Source of the DNA: an uncultured Chloroflexia bacterium | Lineage (GTDB): Bacteria > Chloroflexota > Anaerolineae > CG2-30-64-16 | Length of the DNA: 64,000 nt | Assembly (NCBI GenBank): GCA_963810095.1 | Contig: CAWEMM010000012.1 | Span: forward strand, 576,001 to 640,000 | Direction of reading: 5' to 3' | Shown here: positions 60,945 to 64,000 of the stretch, in pieces | Numbering within the stretch: position 1 is the first letter of the stretch | Layout of the letters: each line of letters starts with the position of its first letter | Made by a program: the position numbers and the translations under genes | Notes under the pieces: generated by a model | The model's database searches: none | What the model saw: the letters and a program-made list of their open reading frames with translations, nothing else | What the model was told of the DNA's origin: nothing

Positions 60945-63075
60945 TTAGGGCTTCGGCGTCTTCGTGGGATGCTTCGGCGGCTTTGGGTTGTCGGGCGGCG
61001 GCGTCTGGGTTGGCAGCGGCGCCGGGGCCGGGGTGGGCGTGTCGGGCGGCAGCGGGGTTAGCGTGGGCGCCTCCGTCGCCGTCGGCAGGACCTGAGTAGC
61101 GGTCGGCGGCGGCACCGTCGCGGTCGGCAATACCTGAGTGGCCGTCGGCAACACCTGAGTGGCGGTCGGTAGCGCGGTCGCGGTCGGCGCGGGGGTCCAC
61201 GTCGGCGGTGGAACAGCAGTCGGACTTGGCGCCGGCGTCAGGGTTGGGGGCCAGGTGGGCGCGGGCGACGGAGGAACCGCGGTCGCGGTAGGCAGCGGCT
61301 CGGTTGGGACCGGCGTCTCGGTGGCCTGCAGGGTGGGCTCTGAGTACGGCAAACCAGTCGGGCTTGGCGCCTCGGGCGGGAACGTCGGAACGACCGGGGG
61401 CTCGGGGGTGTCGGTCGGCACCGGCGCCGGAAACGCAGGGTAGGTGGCCGTCGGGGTGACGCCCGCACCCGGCGCCGGCCTGGCGGTTCGAGGCGCAAAC
61501 AGCGGCGGCAAAGCGACCGGCATGGGCGAGCCGCCCGGCGTGGGTCGCCGGCGGCTCTTGCGTGGCGGCCGGCTTGCGTGATCCCAGCCCCAGCGAAAAC
61601 CCGGAAAGCAGCGACGAGAGCGAAGGCGGCCGGGCCGTCGGCGTCGGGGCGGGGGTCACGGCCGGCAAGCGAGCGGGTGGGGCTGCCTCGGCCGCCTGCG
61701 CCAGCGTCACACAGCCGGCCGTCTCCGCTTCGGCCGATCGCACCAGGTTGCGCTCTTGCGCGCGGGCCAGTTGAGCCATCCCTTCGGCAGGCCTGCCTGC
61801 CTGGCACAGGGTCGCGCCCAAGACCAGGTGGTAGACGCTGGCCGAGTCGTCGCCGACCGGCGTAAGCCTGACCGCCGCCTGGTAGTCGCTGGCCGCTTCG
61901 TCATACCGCTTCTGACAGTAATACGCATTGCCGCGCGAGTACCAGGACACGGCCAGCTGTGGGGCCAGATCGACGGCCCGGGCGTAGTTGTCCAGCGCGG
62001 CGTTACAGTTGCCCTGTTCGTATTCGAGGTTGCCCAACCCGATGTAGGCAGCGCCGCCGGCCGGGTTCGCCTGCAGAGCGGCCTGATACGCGCTCCGAGC
62101 CGCGCTTACTTCGCCCAGGCGGGCGTAGGCCCGGCCCAAGGCCAGCTGGAAGACGGCAAGCGAACGCGGCAGGCGCGGGCTCTCGGCCACGGCTCTTCCG
62201 AGCGCCCCGGCAGCCTGGCGGTAGTTGTTTCGGCCCAGGTGGGCCAGCCCGACCAGGTAGTCGACCAGGCCAGCCGTGTCACTTGGGGCCGTCTCGGCCA
62301 ACGCGACGCCATGGTCGCCCGTAAGCGGCGCGTCATGGGGCGCGGGTACGTCGCCGTAGCGGAGCTGCCAACTTGGCGGCTCGAGGACCATCACGGAAGG
62401 GACAAAGGCGTCGCGTCCATCGCCGGCCACCCGGCCCCATACGACCCATTGGACGCCGTTAGCGGCCGCATACTCCGCGGCCTGCGCCGCCGTGGTGATG
62501 GCCGGCGCAGAGACCACGACCAGGGTGGCGCGCAGGCCGTGGCTCGCCTGGATCTCGCGGCGGAGGCTGCGGGCGAGGGTCGTGCTGAACGCCTGTCCAT
62601 CCGTGCCTACCCCGCCGTCGAACCCTCCGATCGCGACGCCGGCCTGGCCCGGGGCAACTGGCGCGGCCGCGGCCAGGTCGAACTGGAGCACCGTGAGCAC
62701 GAATGCCAGCGCGGCGCTGACGTAGAACAGAAGCACGGCGACAGCAGCGGTGCGGAAGGGGGGCCCATACTTGCGTGCGGAACGGCCGTCAGCCTTCGCA
62801 TCCCCCTGCTTCCCGACGACGTAGGCTGCCACGCCCGCCAGCAGCAAGCCAAAGCCAAGCAGCGCGCCCATCAGGAGGCCCGCGCGTGGTGCTGCCGGCG
62901 CGAGGAAAGCTATCCCGGCCGTGAGCATACCCACCGTTAACGCCAGGGCTGCGAACACAGCAAGCGCCCATAGCCCGGCGAACGCCAACTCGGCCGGCCC
63001 CCATCGCCGGTCCCCGCTCGAACGCCCGCGAAGCCGTGTGCCTGCGGTCGTGCTCCCCGACCCTATCCGATTCAT
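60945..63075 (-). CDS. Membrane-anchored TPR protein with long Pro/Thr-rich C-terminal tail (frameshift near 61530)
   Basis: Three N-terminal TMs, about 5 TPR-like repeats (LG..Y...G...A...Y..AL), tandem PTATQVL repeats. Confidence 0.72.
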
Positions 63076-63267
63076 CGTCTACGCCTAAGTGCCACAATCA
63101 TCGACTGCATTTTAAGCGCGTTCGCGGCGGCGAGCGCGTAAGCGCCGGCCCGTTCGTCACGGATTGATCAAGAAATATTGAACAAGTACCCAAGGCAGAG
63201 CGCGAGGGTTGGCAGAGTCAGAGCGCCCTTCCCCGGGGTGAAGCCTGCTTAAGCGGACTGGGCTAAT

Positions 63268-63295
63268 TTGACATTCTATGGCGAGGTGCTATCAT
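63268..63295 (+). promoter_or_regulatory. sigma70-like promoter upstream of the pyrC leader
   Basis: TTGACA-16 nt-TATCAT. Confidence 0.65.
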
Positions 63296-63471
63296 AGTTC
63301 GGATGCGTGGAGAACGCAGGGTGACGTAAGAACAGGTGCGCCTCTTTGACCCACCGGGCAACGACGCCGGCGAGCGGCTGAACCGTTCCGAGTGGACTTG
63401 TAGTTTCGGTCCTGAATTCTTGTTTCGAAGAGGCATGCCGACCTTGACCTGTCCAAACTTCCGTAAGCTTG

Positions 63472-63516
63472 TGCGCCCCGGGGCCAACGCTCCGCTGGGC
63501 GCATTGTTTTTTCTTT
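63472..63516 (+). terminator. Intrinsic terminator 1 in the pyrC leader
   Basis: tgcgccc...gggcgca stem followed by ttgttttttcttt. Confidence 0.7.
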
Positions 63517-63536
63517 CCGGGACCATTTCCCCCACT

Positions 63537-63561
63537 GAGAGCCGCAAGGCTCTCTTTTTTT
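63537..63561 (+). terminator. Intrinsic terminator 2 in the pyrC leader
   Basis: gagagcc-gcaa-ggctctc followed by T7 (GNRA tetraloop). Confidence 0.85.
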
Positions 63562-63613
63562 GCCTAAAACCGGGGGCTTGCGCGTTGACGATCCAGTCGC
63601 TTGGAGATGGACG

Positions 63614-64000
63614 ATGCTAAGACTGCCGGGACTGATCGACCCCCACGTGCACCTCCGCGAGCCCGGCGCGACGCACAAAGAGGACTGGGACAGCGGGACG
63701 GCCGCCGCCCTTGCCGGCGGGTTTACCGCCGTGCTCGCCATGCCGAACACCCGGCCGCCCATTACCGACGCGGCCTCCCTTGCACTGGCGCTCGACGCGG
63801 CCCGCTCGAAGGCTCGCTGTGATTACGCCCAGTACCTGGGCGCGGGACCCGACAACGCCGAGAGCGCCCCGGAACTGGCCGGCCGGGTTGCCGGGCTAAA
63901 GATGTACCTCGACCAGACCTACGGCCCGCTGCGGCTGGACGACATGACCCTGTGGGCCGAGCACTTTGCGCGCTGGCCGCAGACCGGCCCCATCGTGGCC
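63614..64000 (+). CDS. pyrC: Dihydroorotase, CAD-like type (partial; runs off the window end)
   Basis: [50 protein letters not shown]. Confidence 0.9.
   Translation, partial: MLRLPGLIDPHVHLREPGATHKEDWDSGTAAALAGGFTAVLAMPNTRPPITDAASLALALDAARSKARCDYAQYLGAGPDNAESAPELAGRVAGLKMYLDQTYGPLRLDDMTLWAEHFARWPQTGPIVA

Noticed and set aside
60945-61500. 21-bp tandem repeats and low-complexity DNA
   Set aside because: They encode the Pro/Thr-rich PTATQVL tail of the TPR protein, a common feature of surface proteins in this kind of genome.
1400-61540. About 27 reading-frame breaks read as pseudogenes or programmed frameshifts
   Set aside because: They hit unrelated and conserved genes (hisB, hisC, glgE, glcD), both halves stay intact with no internal stops, and no slippery-site pattern is shared. 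Several look like one extra base in GTCG/TCGA-like contexts, typical of long-read consensus error (possibly methylation-linked; testable with raw reads).
151-63899. Numerous long antisense and alternative-frame ORFs in the ORF track (e.g. 45291-47456 -, 43515-45035 -, 37952-39328 -, 54975-56330 +)
   Set aside because: They overlap well-supported genes, are Arg/Ala/Gly/Pro-rich without motifs, and are expected shadow ORFs at this GC content.

Overview
GC-rich bacterial chromosomal segment, most likely from a Chloroflexota (Anaerolineae/Caldilineae-like) genome. That placement is inferred from the Pro/Thr-rich lipoproteins, an NBR1-Ig protein, a CAD-type dihydroorotase and the repeat families. 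About 27 apparent frameshifts, mostly single-base indels, split otherwise intact genes, including conserved his genes, so they are read as long-read assembly errors and genes are reported as joined spans. Contents in order: (1) 1-16.4 kb organic/2-hydroxy-acid catabolic cluster (CoA-transferase A/B, ferredoxin, Liv-type ABC transporter, aldehyde:ferredoxin oxidoreductase, LarA-family racemase, Zn-dehydrogenase, GlcF/GlcD, MaeB); (2) glgM-glgE; (3) envelope and miscellaneous genes; (4) glcDEF; (5) a LacI-associated sugar ABC cluster with two FucI/AraA-family isomerases, a class II aldolase and an FGGY kinase; (6) hisZGDCBHAFI; (7) SIMPL, DUF6206-like, CbiR-like, DUF4395-thioredoxin, a TPR protein and a partial pyrC. 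The most interesting signals lie outside the ORF track. Three (near-)leaderless short ORFs sit directly behind sigma70-like -10 boxes and run into terminators or alternative RNA structures: a His-rich his leader, a Cys-containing leader before DUF4395-thioredoxin, and a structured double-terminator leader before pyrC. A palindromic repeat family has entered the hisD and hisA coding sequences. There are several further families of intergenic palindromes, and a 107-108 bp MITE-like element occurs twice, once nested inside another repeat. No rRNA, tRNA, CRISPR array, transposase or integrase was seen.
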